Source: a virus (lineage: Duplodnaviria > Caudoviricetes). From it: a stretch of 59,195 bases of DNA. The notes under the pieces are model-generated. The model was given only the letters and a program-made list of their open reading frames with translations. It made no database searches and was not told where the DNA came from. Shown here one piece after another: positions 1 to 11,200 of the stretch. The number at the start of each line of letters is the position of its first letter. Positions within the stretch are counted from its first letter, which is position 1. The stretch is from the IMG/VR virus record IMGVR_UViG_3300008448_000086, positions 1 through 59,195 of that record; one strand, written 5' to 3'. The position numbers were made by a program, and so were the translations under genes.

Positions 1-726
1 TGTTGTAGCAGTGACAGTAATAAGGTTTGTAGCACCTGCTGATAGAGATGCTGAAGTGGATGTACAAGTTACAGTTACACCTGCTGTGTTGAAGTTGAAA
101 GAACCTCCTGCTGCGATGGAAGCTCCTGCTTCGTTGAAGGTGAGTTCTGGCAATTGAAGATTCCCAGCATTTACAGCTGTTATATTAAGCCTATAATAAG
201 AGTATGCAGAATATGGGGCTGCTATAGTAAGTGTATTATACTGACCTGTAGTATAAACGAATCCCGTTCTTGTATCTAATGTAGTGAAAGATATACCATC
301 ATTACTACCTTGTAAATTAAAATTAGTAGGATAGCCAGCAATACCACCTCTATAAAATATAGAATATGAACGTATTGTTACTGCTGATGTAAATTGGTAT
401 TGAATCCATTGTGTTGGTGTTGCTGATGGAGTCCAATCAGAACTTGTATTTGCATCAAAAGCTTGCCACGGATTAGTACTACCCATTATACTGGCCATAA
501 CAACACCACTTGGAGTTGTATTACTTGTCATAACAGGATTGAGCCTTGTTGATTGAGCAGCTAAAGCACTATTATTCAAGCTATTCACCGTAGCATTCAC
601 ATCCATTGTAACGGTAAACCCATTGGTATAAACATCATCACCTGTGGTAGGAATACCTAAACTCGCACCGTCATTCCAGGTTGAGGTACTATTAAAGTTG
701 CCATTCTGAACTGCCCAGCGTACCAT
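1..726 (-). CDS. Tail fibre/spike protein, N-terminal part (runs off the window), with F5/8-type C (discoidin)-like domain
   Basis: ATG at 726 open to window edge: MVRWAVQNGNFNSTSTWN...; WQAFD..WIQYQF..YPTNFNLQGSNDG..FTTLD is a discoidin-like pattern; tail gene context. Confidence 0.7.
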   Translation of the reverse strand, partial: MVRWAVQNGNFNSTSTWNDGASLGIPTTGDDVYTNGFTVTMDVNATVNSLNNSALAAQSTRLNPVMTSNTTPSGVVMASIMGSTNPWQAFDANTSSDWTPSATPTQWIQYQFTSAVTIRSYSIFYRGGIAGYPTNFNLQGSNDGISFTTLDTRTGFVYTTGQYNTLTIAAPYSAYSYYRLNITAVNAGNLQLPELTFNEAGASIAAGGSFNFNTAGVTVTCTSTSASLSAGATNLITVTATT

Positions 727-728
727 AT

Positions 729-1031
729 CTAACTATAAATTGCTGTTAAGTAATCATTCCATGCCACACCCCCAGCAGGCTGTGCTGTTGCTGTTGCACT
801 AACACTACCATCTGCTGCTATTGTAAGCCTTGTAATAGTCCATACAGCTGATGCCTCACTACTACCTGTTAAAGCTATCCCACAATAAAGGAATGAGCCA
901 CTTGTAGCAAATCTCCTTATTGTATTGTAAGGATTGAAAGCATCCCAAGCATAACCATTCCACTTCCAAGATGTTCCTGAAGAAGTGTAAACCTGATTAA
1001 GCGTTGGACTGGATGGAAAATCTAAAGGCAT
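729..1031 (-). CDS. Small tail-associated protein
   Basis: LDFPSSPTLNQVYT..WKWNGYAW motif typical of phage tail-fibre modules; abuts neighbours. Confidence 0.6.
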   Translation of the reverse strand: MPLDFPSSPTLNQVYTSSGTSWKWNGYAWDAFNPYNTIRRFATSGSFLYCGIALTGSSEASAVWTITRLTIAADGSVSATATAQPAGGVAWNDYLTAIYS

Positions 1032-1573
1032 TAAATATCTATTTGATAAGCGTTTACAAATATATCATCCACTTCTTGATTAGACAAGCCTAACACCGCC
1101 TGAATCATACTAACTGTAGGACTTGTTCTTTCGATGTTATTAGAATAATCCCAAGCGTATTGAGCCTTAATCTTAAACTCCTGTTCTGCCTGTGTTCCTG
1201 ATGGGAGAGCATTGATAGCAGTAGTCACATCATCCTCTAATCCTTGTATAGCTAACTGCGCTCTAAGCTGCCACCTTGTAACCCTAACAGGAACACCATC
1301 CACAACATCCTGAACAAGAGGGAAAACAAGTTTACTCTTAGCATAGTTGTCTATGTTGAGGGATAGAAGAACATTTAATAAATGCAGTCTTTCATCCTCA
1401 ATAAGTGCTGTTTCTCCTGTTGTTTCAAGGTCTGATGCTATCCTTGCTTCGAGCAAAGGCTTATCAGAGGATACTCTTGAATAGAGAATATCGCTGATGT
1501 ATTTAGCAGCCTTCTCTGTTGTCAGATAGGGTTTGCTGTCTTTCTCAATGTAAAAGTCGAAGTTGTATGTCAT
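1031..1573 (-). CDS. Tail fibre assembly chaperone-like protein
   Basis: C-terminal VTRWQLRAQL..WDYS..IERTSPTV..LGLSNQEVDDIF pattern of tail-assembly chaperones. Confidence 0.6.
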   Translation of the reverse strand: MTYNFDFYIEKDSKPYLTTEKAAKYISDILYSRVSSDKPLLEARIASDLETTGETALIEDERLHLLNVLLSLNIDNYAKSKLVFPLVQDVVDGVPVRVTRWQLRAQLAIQGLEDDVTTAINALPSGTQAEQEFKIKAQYAWDYSNNIERTSPTVSMIQAVLGLSNQEVDDIFVNAYQIDI

Positions 1574-1578
1574 AATAT

Positions 1579-2604
1579 TTATAGAATTTTATAAAAGTCT
1601 TTTATGTTTTTTATAATATTATCTGCATTAGCTTGTTGAATTGAGTTGTATATAATAATCTCATACATGTAACCAGAATAGAAAAACTCACCCCTAAGAG
1701 AACCTGGAACTCCTATATGCAAATCGTATTTGCTTCCACCAACTTGCGCCCCGCCATAACCAGCTCCTCTAAATGTATAATTTTTTAATCTTGATTGATA
1801 ATCAAATTCCATCTCTGCAGAAGCGTTACTAAAATTTACAGATAAATTTAACTTTGTATTTTCAAAAAAATAATCAAATATTATATTAGCTGGTCTGCTG
1901 AAATTTCTATTACTCGTTGCATAACTAAAAGAATCTACTCTAGGGCTTCTGTTCTCATAAGATATACAAAAACCAAACTCTCCAGTAAACGCATCCCCAC
2001 CAGTATATGTCCCACCATTATCTAGTATAGTATATCTTGCACTCTGATTTGGCAGTAAAGATGGCTCAACAAGCATAACTATAGTCGATTTCCCAGCAGC
2101 TGAATTTATAAAATTAAAAGCAGCATTTCCACCTTGTCGACTATTTGTTCCAGGTATTGAAAGATATTGAGCTCCGCTGAATAAAACAGAGGCTATATTG
2201 TTTCTTATGACTAATCTTGGTTGCAAATTACTTGTTGGCTGAGTGAAATGGTAATTATTTCCGGATTGGTCATGCCACGTTTTTATAAAAATATCTTGGC
2301 CACTACAAAATATTCCAGCCTCGTTATAATTTACATATCCGTCATAATCGTATATATCCAATTCTGCATTATCGCTATTTCTCCTAATTGTTAGTATAGG
2401 GCCAGAGTATGTCGGATTTAATTTCCTAAGAGAAACAGCAAGCACTTGAGGCACATTAATAATGTTTCTAAATGATGGAGTTTGCTTTATCACATCACCA
2501 ATAGCTAGGCCATTACTAAATCCAGCATCAAAGCCACTTCCTACACCAGAGGATAGTCCTTTTTCTGCTCCATTTTGCAATCCATTTAGTAATCCTATGC
2601 TCAT
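1579..2604 (-). CDS. Tail-associated LamG/ConA-like lectin-fold protein
   Basis: SLRKL..YSGP..IRR.SDNAELDI..WHDQSGN..FTQ and terminal YSGYMYEIIIYN motifs; Gly-rich N-terminus; AT-rich. Confidence 0.6.
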   Translation of the reverse strand: MSIGLLNGLQNGAEKGLSSGVGSGFDAGFSNGLAIGDVIKQTPSFRNIINVPQVLAVSLRKLNPTYSGPILTIRRNSDNAELDIYDYDGYVNYNEAGIFCSGQDIFIKTWHDQSGNNYHFTQPTSNLQPRLVIRNNIASVLFSGAQYLSIPGTNSRQGGNAAFNFINSAAGKSTIVMLVEPSLLPNQSARYTILDNGGTYTGGDAFTGEFGFCISYENRSPRVDSFSYATSNRNFSRPANIIFDYFFENTKLNLSVNFSNASAEMEFDYQSRLKNYTFRGAGYGGAQVGGSKYDLHIGVPGSLRGEFFYSGYMYEIIIYNSIQQANADNIIKNIKDFYKIL

Positions 2605-2616
2605 TATTTTACTTTA

Positions 2617-3072
2617 TTAAGCCGAATAATCCATTCCGTTAGCCATGATGAATGCAGATGTTCCACCAGATAGGTTTGCTAAAGTAGTAGCTCTTAATAC
2701 GTCATTTGGCATTAATGGAATATACTGTCTTCCAGTATTATCAATTGGTAAGCCAGGAATGTTTATTCCATTCAAGAAGTCTACTACAAACCTAGCAGCA
2801 TTTGTGTTACCACTTGATACGGGAATATTAACTAGCCCAACAGGAATTACAGTGCTACCTCCTCTTAAAATATACACAAATGTATTAATAGCTACAGTAT
2901 CGTTAGTTGATGCTGTCAAACTAATAACCCTTCCTCCATTTGCCCCAGCTGTGTATATAGTAGTTCCATTAGTATTACTACCAAGCGTGCCTATTGTTGT
3001 ACCTGTAAGAACAGCTACACCTGCATTTGGTACATTTGCAACTTTTATAATCGCTGAATTTGGTAAAGCCAT
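2617..3072 (-). CDS. Tail-associated beta-sandwich protein
   Basis: 151 aa G/T/N-rich ORF in the tail operon. Confidence 0.55.
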   Translation of the reverse strand: MALPNSAIIKVANVPNAGVAVLTGTTIGTLGSNTNGTTIYTAGANGGRVISLTASTNDTVAINTFVYILRGGSTVIPVGLVNIPVSSGNTNAARFVVDFLNGINIPGLPIDNTGRQYIPLMPNDVLRATTLANLSGGTSAFIMANGMDYSA

Positions 3073-3076
3073 GATA

Positions 3077-3904
3077 TTAAAAATTAAATAGTATTCTTTG
3101 ATTTGTCATTATCGCATAATCCACATCATCAGCAAAGCTATCCAAACTTGTCTTTACAAGGTTGTTTGTAGGATACTTTGTTGACGAAGTATCTAATGTT
3201 ACATTCTCCTTATTAGCTACATTCTCAGGCGTAAAACCAATCTCAGTCAGCACATTCGTAGCGCTCACCACACTACCATTCCCTTTCAGTAACCCGTTGA
3301 ATGTTGTTGCTGTAAGCGAATTTACGGTATTTGTTCCGTTTGCACCCTGTGGTCCTTGTGGGCCTTCTGGCAGCGTTTCCTGAACCCATTGATACGTATT
3401 AGCGTCGTGATAATATGTATATTGAACACCTGTATCGGAATGAAACCATAAAGCTCCGGCAGGAATGCTGTTAGTGCCTGTACCAGTAGGAGTGGTATTT
3501 TTGATGAAGTCTATAGCTACTCCGTTATCTCCAGTGTCTCCCTTATCTCCTTTATCTCCTTTTACACCTTGAATACCTTGGATACCCTGAATACCTTGTA
3601 TCCCTTGAGGTCCTTGAGGGCCTTGAGCACCCACAAGAGAATCTAAGAAATCCTGTTCTGTGCCGGTATTCCCTTCTTCCAGCCATATCTCATAAGCACT
3701 CTTGCCATCTACACCTATAGTCCCATTAGCACCAGGAGGCCCTTGAATACCTTGAGAAGCTGTGATAGACACGTTTGTAGGGGCATTGCTTGACACAACT
3801 ACATTCATTCTGATATTACTACCAGGAGTAATTGTTACCTCGGCAGGCTCAGATGAGCTTACCTCTACGAGCGGTTGTTGTCCTATGATTTCTACAAATG
3901 CCAT
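3077..3904 (-). CDS. Collagen-like tail fibre protein
   Basis: Gly-X-Y runs (GPQ/GIQ/GDK) and GKSAYEIW..G.TGTEQDFLDSL motif. Confidence 0.8.
   Translation of the reverse strand: MAFVEIIGQQPLVEVSSSEPAEVTITPGSNIRMNVVVSSNAPTNVSITASQGIQGPPGANGTIGVDGKSAYEIWLEEGNTGTEQDFLDSLVGAQGPQGPQGIQGIQGIQGIQGVKGDKGDKGDTGDNGVAIDFIKNTTPTGTGTNSIPAGALWFHSDTGVQYTYYHDANTYQWVQETLPEGPQGPQGANGTNTVNSLTATTFNGLLKGNGSVVSATNVLTEIGFTPENVANKENVTLDTSSTKYPTNNLVKTSLDSFADDVDYAIMTNQRILFNF
3525..3630. repeat. 9-bp collagen codon repeats
   Basis: ccttgaata/ccttgaggt/ccttatct tandem variants encoding GIQ, GPQ, GDK. Confidence 0.8.
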
Positions 3905-4257
3905 TAAGCTGTAGTTATTTCTTGTTGTACTTTATATTTACCACCTATGAGCGTCTTTCTAAGACCATTAGAAAATGTGCATTGCAGGTCGTAGAAGTAT
4001 GTTCCAGGAGTAAGAGTTGTTATGTAGTTAAATGTAACAGTGCTACCTGTAACAGTAAATTCAGAACCTGCCTGAAGCGTAGCTGCTATCGTAGGAGATT
4101 CTGAGTCTGCTTTGATATACATAAGCAGCGTAGCTCCTGTAAAATTCAAGGGCTTTTGCTCAGCATCCTTAAAGTTAACTACGGCATCAAAGGTATCCCC
4201 CTTAATAACCGTAAAGTTTACGTCTGCCTTAATTATGTTTGATACTTCTGTTGCCAT
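3904..4257 (-). CDS. BppU-N-like tail adaptor protein
   Basis: KGDTF..PLNFTGA..GTYFYDLQ..KTLIGG pattern. Confidence 0.55.
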   Translation of the reverse strand: MATEVSNIIKADVNFTVIKGDTFDAVVNFKDAEQKPLNFTGATLLMYIKADSESPTIAATLQAGSEFTVTGSTVTFNYITTLTPGTYFYDLQCTFSNGLRKTLIGGKYKVQQEITTA

Positions 4258-4258
4258 A

Positions 4259-7111
4259 TTATTTGAATACTTTTACTTTAAATGTTGCTGATGCCGGGTC
4301 AAGACTTCCTGTTCCATAATTAGAGAATCTAACAGTAACTGTATCTGTTGCGCTTACCCAAGCTGTAAAACAACTATGATTCAGATTAACTGAGTTTTGA
4401 ATGCCTAAAGATACTACATCCCCTTCTGTTGCACCTGTTACTGTTATAGTTAAATCTGATTTATTTCCGTTATTCGTTGATGGGAAGTCAAGTGTAGCAG
4501 ACCCTGAAATCTCATTAGCTATCTTTTGCCATCCACCACCTGTACCACGATACACATAGTTAGCTGAATCAGTAGTGCTGAATAATTGAAGGCCTGTTGC
4601 AGGTGTAGCTATCGAATCTCTTTGCGTATTTGTCATACGTGGCTGTAAGAAGCCTTTAGTCGTAGATACGATATTAACTAAAGAAGAAGTGTCATCTGTA
4701 GCTGTTCCTACAAGTAGATTACCTCTATGGCTTATTCTGACTCTTTCGGTAAGCGTCTGTAATGTAGTTCCAGGTGTAGTTGATGATGATGTTCTAAATA
4801 TAACCGAACCGCCAACCCCAGCACCAGTACCTCTACCTGCATTAATTGTAAAGTTAGAGCCTATGGTATCTACCGCTGTTGGATATCCTGATGGTGCGAA
4901 GAAGTTTAAGTTTGCTAAATCAGGTCTTCTTACTCTGTGTCCTGCTCCTAGATAAAAGTCATTAATATAAGCCGTTCCGTCAAACCCGCCTCCAATAAAA
5001 GCGTATCTTCCAGTCAGACCAAGAAGAGTAGTGTCTGCGTTATTCGCATCATATCCTCCTCCTGCAACTAAATGTATTGCATTGCTGGTTGACGAAGGTA
5101 TATTTAACGCATCTCCTGAAGATATGATTGTGTTATTTACCCCAGTAGTAATTCCTCTTCCAGCAGCTCTACCTATCATAATAGAATATCTGCCACCTGA
5201 TGTCAAATCAAATCCAGCACTTCCGCCTAATGCCACTAACCCATTCCCTCCTGAAGATGTAAGTCCGGCAGCAGAATAACTTCCTATAGCTATTAAGCCT
5301 TGCTGTGTAGAAGCCCCACCTACAAGAAGTCTATTTGATGTTATTTTTATTTGGTTATCATTTGTGCTTGGACTAAAATTAAGTATTCCAGATACGTTAA
5401 CATCTCCATTTACATCCAACCTAGGTACTGCTGTTTGAGCAATGCCTACGTATGATGTATCTCTGTTAATTAATACATTGCCTTGGTTGTTTATGGTAAG
5501 CCTATTTTGTAGTGTTTGTAGTGTAGTTCCAGAAGATGTTGCAGGAGAAGTTCTAAATATAACCGAACCTCCACGTCCATTTCCAGTGCCTCTTCCGGCA
5601 TTGATAGTAAAATCGCTACCTATGGTGTCTATAGCTGTAGGATATCCTGATGGGGCAAAGAAGTTTATATTGCTTAAATGAGGACTACGAACTCTGTGGC
5701 CACCACCAAAATAATAATCTCTTATATAAGTTCCTGTACCTCCACCTCCTATAAAAGCATAACTTGAAGTTAATCCTAATAAAATAGTATCCGCCCTGTT
5801 TGACTCATGTAACCCTCCAACTATTTGTATTGAATTTGATGTATTTGATGGAACATTACCCCATCCATCAGAACCACCGATAAATATATTATTTGCCCCT
5901 GTGGTTATTGAGCTTCCTGCATTATTACCTACAAAAGTATTTCTTAAACCAGATGTCAAGCTCTGCCCAGTAGTTCTACCAATTAATACATTCTCAAATC
6001 CGGTTAAACTACTATATGTTCCACTAGGACTTATAAGAACATTTCTTGCTCCAAAATTTGACGGCAAGGTTAAATTATTTGCTCCCCAAACCAAGCTACC
6101 ATCAGTACTATTTTGATTTACTATAACAGCTGAATTAGACGGACTTGTAGCAGCTAGCCTTAATATACCATTTACTCTTGTATTCCCATTTACATTCAGC
6201 GTATTCGTACTGTCAGGTACACCCCCTATGCTAACCCTTCCATTAGAGAAGAATCTTGTAGTATCAGAACTGCCTATAAACGTAAGTCTTCTCGTATTCA
6301 AATTGATATTAGTATTCTGATTCAAAGAACCTCCTAATCTGAAAACAGTGCTGTCTTTTGTAAGGCCGTTAGCAGCAGTGAACTTATACGGATTCAGCAT
6401 CGCTGCCGTATCATTCTTTGATATACCTATGCTATCCTTTACAGCTACAACAGAATCTCCTGATGTAAAATAAATGCTATCTCTTCCTAATATACGGAAT
6501 ACAGATGTTAATCCACCTTCCGATATCTCTCTTGAAACAGTATCAAATGCAGGATAATAAATAGCTGCAAGCTCTAATCTGTTAGGTCCTACACTTGGTT
6601 TTAAAGGAACAGGTCTTTCTGTACCCTGCACCACTGTAGCTCCGGTAGTTGTCAAAGCAATAACGTCTATCCTGGCATTGGCATTAGCTGTCTTTACAGG
6701 AGATGTTACTGTCTGCTGGGTGGTTAAATTATAATACACCCCATTGATAAAGTACGTAGAAGGGGATACCGTGTATTGTCTTGATAATCCAAGCTGATTC
6801 ACGTCACCTCCTGTTACCAATTTGGTATATGTTTCCTGAGATGCACCTGCTATTTTAGCCCAGCGCTGTCCGGTATATTGCCAAACAGAAGTATCTCCTG
6901 CTTTAGCAACTTGGATGATATAGCCCTTACCAGGCCATCCAGAGCCAGTCAAAGGAGCAGCAGGCGTATCAATGTAAATAGGTATGCTCATCCAATTACG
7001 AGCAAGGATACGAGTCACATCAATACCCTGCGGACCACCCAATACCATTGGAGGTTGAGCAGAAGCAAAGACACTTACAAAAATTAAAACAAACGCTAAT
7101 AAAAACCTCAT
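4259..7111 (-). CDS. Long tail fibre/spike-like protein with internal duplication and N-terminal Sec-type signal peptide
   Basis: Beta-helix-like NTFVG/NIFIG repeats; STTKGFLQPRMT..QRD motif; N-terminus MRFLLAFVLIFVSVFASA-Q. Confidence 0.7.
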   Translation of the reverse strand: MRFLLAFVLIFVSVFASAQPPMVLGGPQGIDVTRILARNWMSIPIYIDTPAAPLTGSGWPGKGYIIQVAKAGDTSVWQYTGQRWAKIAGASQETYTKLVTGGDVNQLGLSRQYTVSPSTYFINGVYYNLTTQQTVTSPVKTANANARIDVIALTTTGATVVQGTERPVPLKPSVGPNRLELAAIYYPAFDTVSREISEGGLTSVFRILGRDSIYFTSGDSVVAVKDSIGISKNDTAAMLNPYKFTAANGLTKDSTVFRLGGSLNQNTNINLNTRRLTFIGSSDTTRFFSNGRVSIGGVPDSTNTLNVNGNTRVNGILRLAATSPSNSAVIVNQNSTDGSLVWGANNLTLPSNFGARNVLISPSGTYSSLTGFENVLIGRTTGQSLTSGLRNTFVGNNAGSSITTGANNIFIGGSDGWGNVPSNTSNSIQIVGGLHESNRADTILLGLTSSYAFIGGGGTGTYIRDYYFGGGHRVRSPHLSNINFFAPSGYPTAIDTIGSDFTINAGRGTGNGRGGSVIFRTSPATSSGTTLQTLQNRLTINNQGNVLINRDTSYVGIAQTAVPRLDVNGDVNVSGILNFSPSTNDNQIKITSNRLLVGGASTQQGLIAIGSYSAAGLTSSGGNGLVALGGSAGFDLTSGGRYSIMIGRAAGRGITTGVNNTIISSGDALNIPSSTSNAIHLVAGGGYDANNADTTLLGLTGRYAFIGGGFDGTAYINDFYLGAGHRVRRPDLANLNFFAPSGYPTAVDTIGSNFTINAGRGTGAGVGGSVIFRTSSSTTPGTTLQTLTERVRISHRGNLLVGTATDDTSSLVNIVSTTKGFLQPRMTNTQRDSIATPATGLQLFSTTDSANYVYRGTGGGWQKIANEISGSATLDFPSTNNGNKSDLTITVTGATEGDVVSLGIQNSVNLNHSCFTAWVSATDTVTVRFSNYGTGSLDPASATFKVKVFK

Positions 7112-7112
7112 A

Positions 7113-7676
7113 TTAATAGAATTGAATCACAAATACATCACCATTCATAATCGTATCCCCTACGCCTGTAAGGTTTACGGTAGAGCCTCCCTTGAACCAA
7201 TCGTAAAAGTTCAATGCGTTTCTTACGATACGTATCCTCTTATTGAGAATCCTTGAATCACTAAACGAGGTAAGTCCTGCTGTAATATCAACCCCACCAA
7301 CAAGGACAATGTCATCAGGAAGCGTAGCACCGCCACCTCCACCAGGAGTGGATGGGATAGCCAAATAATCGTCGGTCAACCCAACAAATGCCGAGCTTCC
7401 TGTGTTGTATATCGGAAGCTGTCTGCCGAAGTCGTAGATGGATATTCTACTAATTAACAGCGAAACAGCTCTATCTTTCTTCTCCTGCTGGATATATGCT
7501 GACTGATAAGACCAGGATACCGCCTTCTTTAAGACGTATATCAGCAATCTCTCCTTCTCATAACTATTGTCATTCTCAAAGAACCTCTCGTCGGTTGACT
7601 TAACGCCCAACTTGTACAAGGCTTTGTTAGCCCTGCTAATCCATGTCTGAACTTCAGTTGTACTATATTGTGGCAT
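7113..7676 (-). CDS. Tail hub/virion structural protein (putative)
   Basis: 187 aa ORF coupled to flanking tail genes. Confidence 0.5.
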   Translation of the reverse strand: MPQYSTTEVQTWISRANKALYKLGVKSTDERFFENDNSYEKERLLIYVLKKAVSWSYQSAYIQQEKKDRAVSLLISRISIYDFGRQLPIYNTGSSAFVGLTDDYLAIPSTPGGGGGATLPDDIVLVGGVDITAGLTSFSDSRILNKRIRIVRNALNFYDWFKGGSTVNLTGVGDTIMNGDVFVIQFY

Positions 7677-8194
7677 TAACCGTAGATTGCGTCGTTATCG
7701 GTGATGAATTTAATTCTGTCTATTGCATGCTGAGAGCTGAGGATGTCATTATCGGCTTCTGCATTTTTAGCTGCCTCGATGTCGATGACAATCTTCATGC
7801 TTTCTCTCAGATAATCGTTGTTGTTTACAAGTGCCGGCTCGATAGTCATTTTATTAACTCTCTCAAACAGAGCCACTTTGGAGTAGCATACCAGCGTAAC
7901 CACCTTTGAAAGGGAGTACACGCTACCTACCACAGGGGATGCCGGAGTGATTTCCAAGGACACCGTAAAGGCGTAATCCTGGTCAATATCCGTGATAGTG
8001 ATAACATCGCTCGGATAGGTTACGTATGAGAAGTTTATGGACTTATACAGGCTCCCGTCTGACTTATAGATGTACAGATACCTGCTGGTCATAGCAGCCT
8101 TTGTTTCGGGTGCTGCGTAGTTTGTGGTATCTGTTATTTGAAATGTTGTGCAGTCTGCGCTCTGACTTGCCGTAAATGCTGCTGTGATGGGCAT
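7676..8194 (-). CDS. Tail hub/virion structural protein (putative)
   Basis: ATG at 8194 (MPITAAF) follows a TATTTTTG box; the TTG at 8212 lies inside that box. Confidence 0.55.
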   Translation of the reverse strand: MPITAAFTASQSADCTTFQITDTTNYAAPETKAAMTSRYLYIYKSDGSLYKSINFSYVTYPSDVITITDIDQDYAFTVSLEITPASPVVGSVYSLSKVVTLVCYSKVALFERVNKMTIEPALVNNNDYLRESMKIVIDIEAAKNAEADNDILSSQHAIDRIKFITDNDAIYG

Positions 8195-8209
8195 CTTGCT
8201 TATTTTAAA

Positions 8210-8243
8210 CAAAAATAAAAAAACCCCTCCGTAAAGAGGGGTT
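8210..8243 (-). terminator. Intrinsic terminator fused to a -7 promoter box
   Basis: aacccctc-tttacg-gaggggtt hairpin plus U-tract that continues into TATTTTTG (8217-8210). Confidence 0.75.
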
Positions 8244-8265
8244 GTTTATATCCACACTTTCTTAT

Positions 8266-11200
8266 CTAGAATCCGCCATCGCCTAAAGCTCCTGCTCCGC
8301 CTCCTAAGCCTCCTGTCCCTAAAGCTCCTGCTCCACCTTCGAAACCTCCTGTTCCTAAAGCTCCTGCTCCACCTCCATATCCGCCACCTTTCTTCTTTTT
8401 TTTCTGCATTTCGCGCTCAAACTGCCTTTGCTTAGCCTCTATGTCTTTCAGCATCATATTAGACCATTTCCTGGCATCACCTGTCATCATGCTAAGCGCA
8501 TATCCATATTTACCACCAAGAATTTTTAGGTTAAATATTATTGAATATGCCTTTAGTGCCGCTGCTGTATAAAGTTCATCCTTGTCAATCTCCTTGTTTT
8601 CTACAGCCTCCTTTCGAAGCTCGTTCCATGTCTTTGCGAAAGATACAAGTTGCACAAGCTCTGAAGATGCGGTAATAGTAGCAGCAGTTTCTTCCCAATC
8701 CTTGGTAGCCTCTCCTGTATAATAATGCCTGTCAAGTGCTGTAGCGTAGTCTTCCCCATGTATGATGTCTATTGGTCTAATGTTATAAACGTCAAACCAT
8801 ACGCTTTCTACCTCTTTTATCTTTCTTTTACGCTCTTCTATCTCTTTTTTAGTCAATCCTTTTTCAGCAAGTTTAGCTACAGCGTCCTCCTTCCAAAGAT
8901 TAAATAAAGCGAACCCTCCTGCCATCTTTATTCCGTAACTCGTTTGAGGGTCTAAGGAAACAGAAAGAGCAGCGCCTGTAAGGTCTCTATAAATATTATC
9001 TTTCTGCTCTTTAAACATTTGTTTCATCTTATAAAGTTGCCTTTCCCAAAACTTTGGATTAAGAGCCTTTTTACGCACATCTTCTTTATCTTCTTCTTCA
9101 CCGGCAAGCATGATAACACCTGTTGCTGTAACAAACAAAAGACCTGTATATTTTCTTGTCAATGTATATTGTATAATCGGAATTAGTTGCTCGAAAACAG
9201 CACTATTTAATTTAATTGCTCTGTCTTTAAATGATAACCTACTGTTTAATGAGAACGCCTCTTTTATATTGCTCATAAAAGCACTATGTTGAACACCTGC
9301 ATATCCTTGCAAGAATCCTGTAACAAGAGCCGTTACATCATCTTTTTTTATAGTAAACCAAGCTCTGTCTGTTTTAAATATTCTATTAAGCAAGTTTCTT
9401 ACACCTCTGCTTAAGAATCCACCAGTTGCTCCTGTACCAACCGCAACAGCCGTACCTACAGGACCTCCTATAAGAGTACCTGCTACGATTCCGATGGTAG
9501 GAACCATACCTGGGTTAATCCTTAATGGGTCTCTGGTAAATGACGATAATCCATATTGCTTATCAACAAACGAGTCTGCAACAGAAGACGCTTTTTCTAC
9601 GGTGGCCAAATTCAATGCCCTATAGATACCTCTTTCATCTTCAAATGCCTTATGGTCGAAATCCTCTCCTGTTAATCGCTTGAACGCAGTTTCAAACCTA
9701 ATCATCCATGCTAGCTTTTTAGGTCTGATATCCTGCCACCCAATTAATTTCTGCTCTCTTTGAAGCTGTTCTGTAGACTTTGAATATTCGTAAATATAGT
9801 TGTCAGGATACAAGTTCATTGTTCTCGCTATTTGAGAACCAGTAAACTGGACAACCTTCATGTAGTCTTTCCACTCAAATTTACCTTTTGGCGTTCTGTA
9901 CGCAAGATTTCTTGGGTCAATAAGCCTCCATGTCTGACCAGGCATTTCTCTGTTTGCAGACGCTAACGCAGATGCTGTTTTTAATATATTAACAGGATAT
10001 TCGAGAGCAAATTGCCTTATTACAGATATAAGATAACTCTTTGCGGTAAACGATTGTATCCCCGACAGAGCCTTAAACATAGTCCCATAACTATCGCTAA
10101 GAGACTTTTCATTTTTTAAGAGATTTGCATTAAGTCTTTCTGTTGCATAAAGCTCTATACCTTGCAAATACCTTGCTGCAAACAAATCTCCGTCTGCTTC
10201 AGCCTTTTTAGCAGCTTCATTGATACCTTTAATGTAATCAAGATATGGCTTTACTTCAGCTAATAGATACAGCGATTTTATGTTATTGAACAGTACTCTG
10301 TTGCCATCCAAATCAAGCGCTCCAACATTACCCCTTCTTGACTGAAGCATGCCATTTGCAAGACCTCCATACTCAAATCCTCCGTTCAGGTAATTTTCCG
10401 TATCCGTGATTTCAGTTACAGCCTTGTCTTGACGTACTCTTCTTGGGAAATAGTTTTTAAGGAATCCTTTTAAGTTTCCAGATATGACCATTGCAGCCTC
10501 GGTAAGACCTTCTGTCTCATTAATTACCTGCCTCCAAATGTTTAAGCCTTCTTTTTGCTTAGGACTTAATAACGCCATCAACTGGCCTTCATTCAATCCG
10601 GCAAGCGTTGTTGTTCCATTATTAGTTAACGCAGCATAAGCGATTGTATTGACAAGGTTATCGTAATTCTGTTCAACATCAGCCTTGTATGTACCAGGAG
10701 ACTTATAATGCTCAGCCATTGTCTTATCTGAAAATATAGGTCTTCCATTTTCATCCGTCTTAACGCCTATTATATTTCTCTGAAGAACTACATCAATAGG
10801 AGTTTCTCCTTCTGCAAGGTTGGATATATCATCTATTTGATTGGCTATTATTGTTGTCATCCTAACGGATATATCATGCAACAGCCTTGCCTGATATCCT
10901 CTCTTTGTAAGTTCTTTTAGTTTAGCGAATAACAAATCCAATCCTGCTCCATATTTAGAACTAACAGCAGCTATAGCTTTCTTGATAGCCTTATGATTGC
11001 TATTGTCTGCAAATGCAAGCATTGCTGACCTTAACTGCTCAAGTTTAGGTTGCGTTTTATTCATTGCAGCTTCTTGATGACCAGACATAGGGCCGAATAT
11101 ATCTCTTTCAAGCATACCCATGTCAAACTCATCTTTTTCAATTCCTGCAAGTTCTACGTCTAACTGATGAATCCTTAATGTTGCAAGGTTGTTCTTTATT

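Noticed and set aside
1-7111. Diversity-generating retroelement targeting tail fibres
   Set aside because: No reverse transcriptase and no TR/VR pair with adenine-specific differences; the fibre duplication is in-frame and old
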